A stretch of DNA of 61,379 bases, filler included. It is 5 parts of 5 records of this genome, joined end to end, with 100 filler letters (N's around TTAATTAATTAA, not from the genome) between each part and the next. Parts side by side here need not be neighbours in the genome. Positions count along the whole stretch, not along the records: positions 55,122 to 61,379 come from SRR22947725_2295; 4 more parts are not named here. One strand, 5' to 3'. Below are positions 60,264 through 61,379 of the stretch, piece after piece (the first letter of the stretch is position 1; every line of letters begins with the position of its first letter). The notes under the pieces were generated by a model that searched no databases, was not told the origin of the DNA, and saw only the letters and a list, made by a program, of their open reading frames with translations. The translations under genes and the position numbers were made by a program.

Positions 60264-61379
60264 ATGGGTGGTGATATTGTACTAATGATGCTCGGCGTAC
60301 TGATTGTATTGATCCTGCTTGGGGTCCACATTGGCGTCGCGCTCGCACTGTGTTCCGGTGTGGGAGTCTACATAATGTTCCGTGGCAATACGGAAGCAGC
60401 TCTCTCGATAATGTCTAACACCGCCTACGAAGCCATACGAAAGGACGTTTTCGCAGTGATCCCCCTCTTTGTTTTAATGGGGGATTTTGTCTGGCGATGC
60501 GGGGCCGCAGGAGACTTATACCGCATTTGCGATCGCACACTGCGCCGCTTGCCTGGCCGTCTCGCTATTGCAACAATCGCGGGCAATACCGTGTTCGCGG
60601 CGGTCACCGGAGTTTCCATCGCGTCCGCTGCTGCATTCAGCCGGATTGCCTACCCTGAAATGATGAAGCTTGGTTACAAACAAAGCTTTGCTCTTGGCGC
60701 TGTTGCTGGCTCTGCCTGCCTTGGCATGTTGATCCCACCATCAGTGTTGCTGATCGTTTGGGCTATCTTGACTGAAATGTCAGTGGGTGCATTATTTGTA
60801 GCGGGTATAGTTCCAGGCTTGGTGCTTGCGTTATTATTCTCTGGTTATGTGATTATTGCTGCGAAGATGAACCCTGAAATCGCACCGGCTTATGACAAGC
60901 CAATAACTGAACCAACGCCAGTGGAAAAACGTTCTGAGCTGATTGGGGGCTTAGGAATTCTCGCACTCATCATGGTAGTAATTGGCGGTATTTGGCTAGG
61001 TTGGTTTACCCCGACTGAAGCAGCCGCTTTCGGTGTTATTTGCGCGCTTATTATAGGCATCATAAAAGGTATGCGCACCGATGATATCATCCAAAGTCTC
61101 TATCAAGCTGGCCGCACAACGGCGCCGATCATGTTCTTACTGATCGCTGCTCAAATGTATTCTCGCCTTCTCGCGCTGGGGGGCGGGGTGAATTATATCC
61201 AAGGGATCTTCATCGACAGCCAGCTCAGCCCCTTTATGCTGATCCTGCTGATGGCTTTCATCTGGTTAATCCTTGGAATGCTAATCGACAGTATTTCGAT
61301 CATCCTTTTGACAGTGCCGATCTTTGCGCCGCTAGCTGTATCGATGGGTTACGACCCAGTTGCTTTCGCAATCTTTGGT
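60264..61379 (+). CDS. TRAP transporter large permease (DctM), runs off the window end
   Basis: Not in the ORF track. Manual translation from ATG 60264 (AGGAG RBS): MGGDIVLMMLGVLIVLILLGVHIG..AVIPLFVLMG..FAAVTGVSIAS..LGMLIPPS..FTPTEAAA. Confidence 0.92.
   Translation, partial: MGGDIVLMMLGVLIVLILLGVHIGVALALCSGVGVYIMFRGNTEAALSIMSNTAYEAIRKDVFAVIPLFVLMGDFVWRCGAAGDLYRICDRTLRRLPGRLAIATIAGNTVFAAVTGVSIASAAAFSRIAYPEMMKLGYKQSFALGAVAGSACLGMLIPPSVLLIVWAILTEMSVGALFVAGIVPGLVLALLFSGYVIIAAKMNPEIAPAYDKPITEPTPVEKRSELIGGLGILALIMVVIGGIWLGWFTPTEAAAFGVICALIIGIIKGMRTDDIIQSLYQAGRTTAPIMFLLIAAQMYSRLLALGGGVNYIQGIFIDSQLSPFMLILLMAFIWLILGMLIDSISIILLTVPIFAPLAVSMGYDPVAFAIFG

Overview
This window is not one continuous chromosome. 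It is five unrelated contigs joined by four identical 100-nt artificial spacers (N44-TTAATTAATTAA-N44) at 19282-19381, 28333-28432, 47602-47701 and 55022-55121. Gene content and base composition suggest several different, probably marine, taxa. (1) 1-19281: AT-rich actinobacterium-like contig (Ca. Actinomarina/Acidimicrobiia-like by inference) with nuoA-J behind a perfect Rex operator, a MenJ-like reductase, rex, a MATE transporter, a CvpA-CAP protein and a Liv-type ABC transporter. (2) 19382-28332: alphaproteobacterium-like contig with yaaA, three sulfatases, a ROK regulator and a TAXI-TRAP transporter. (3) 28433-47601: AT-rich Rhodobacteraceae-like contig with an organosulfonate cluster (truncated tauE, Rieske oxygenase, FAD oxidoreductase, NAD dehydrogenase, hpsNOP, IclR + GMC dehydrogenase + TerC + TRAP resembling the isethionate ise genes), followed by polyamine gamma-glutamylation genes. 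(4) 47702-55021: Flavobacteriaceae-like xylose locus (xylE/xylA/xylB/GntR), a broken FecR gene fused in frame to an unrelated C-terminus, an ECF sigma factor and a partial tRNA-Leu(TAG). (5) 55122-61379: alphaproteobacterium-like CoxMSL-type molybdenum hydroxylase lacking the CO-dehydrogenase active-site motif, plus a TRAP transporter. I saw no CRISPR, phage, transposase or defence genes. The most promising leads are the uncharacterised oxidoreductase operon next to hpsNOP, the sulfatase/TAXI locus and the orphan Mo-hydroxylase. Taxonomy and gene names come from recalled motifs and synteny, not from database searches.
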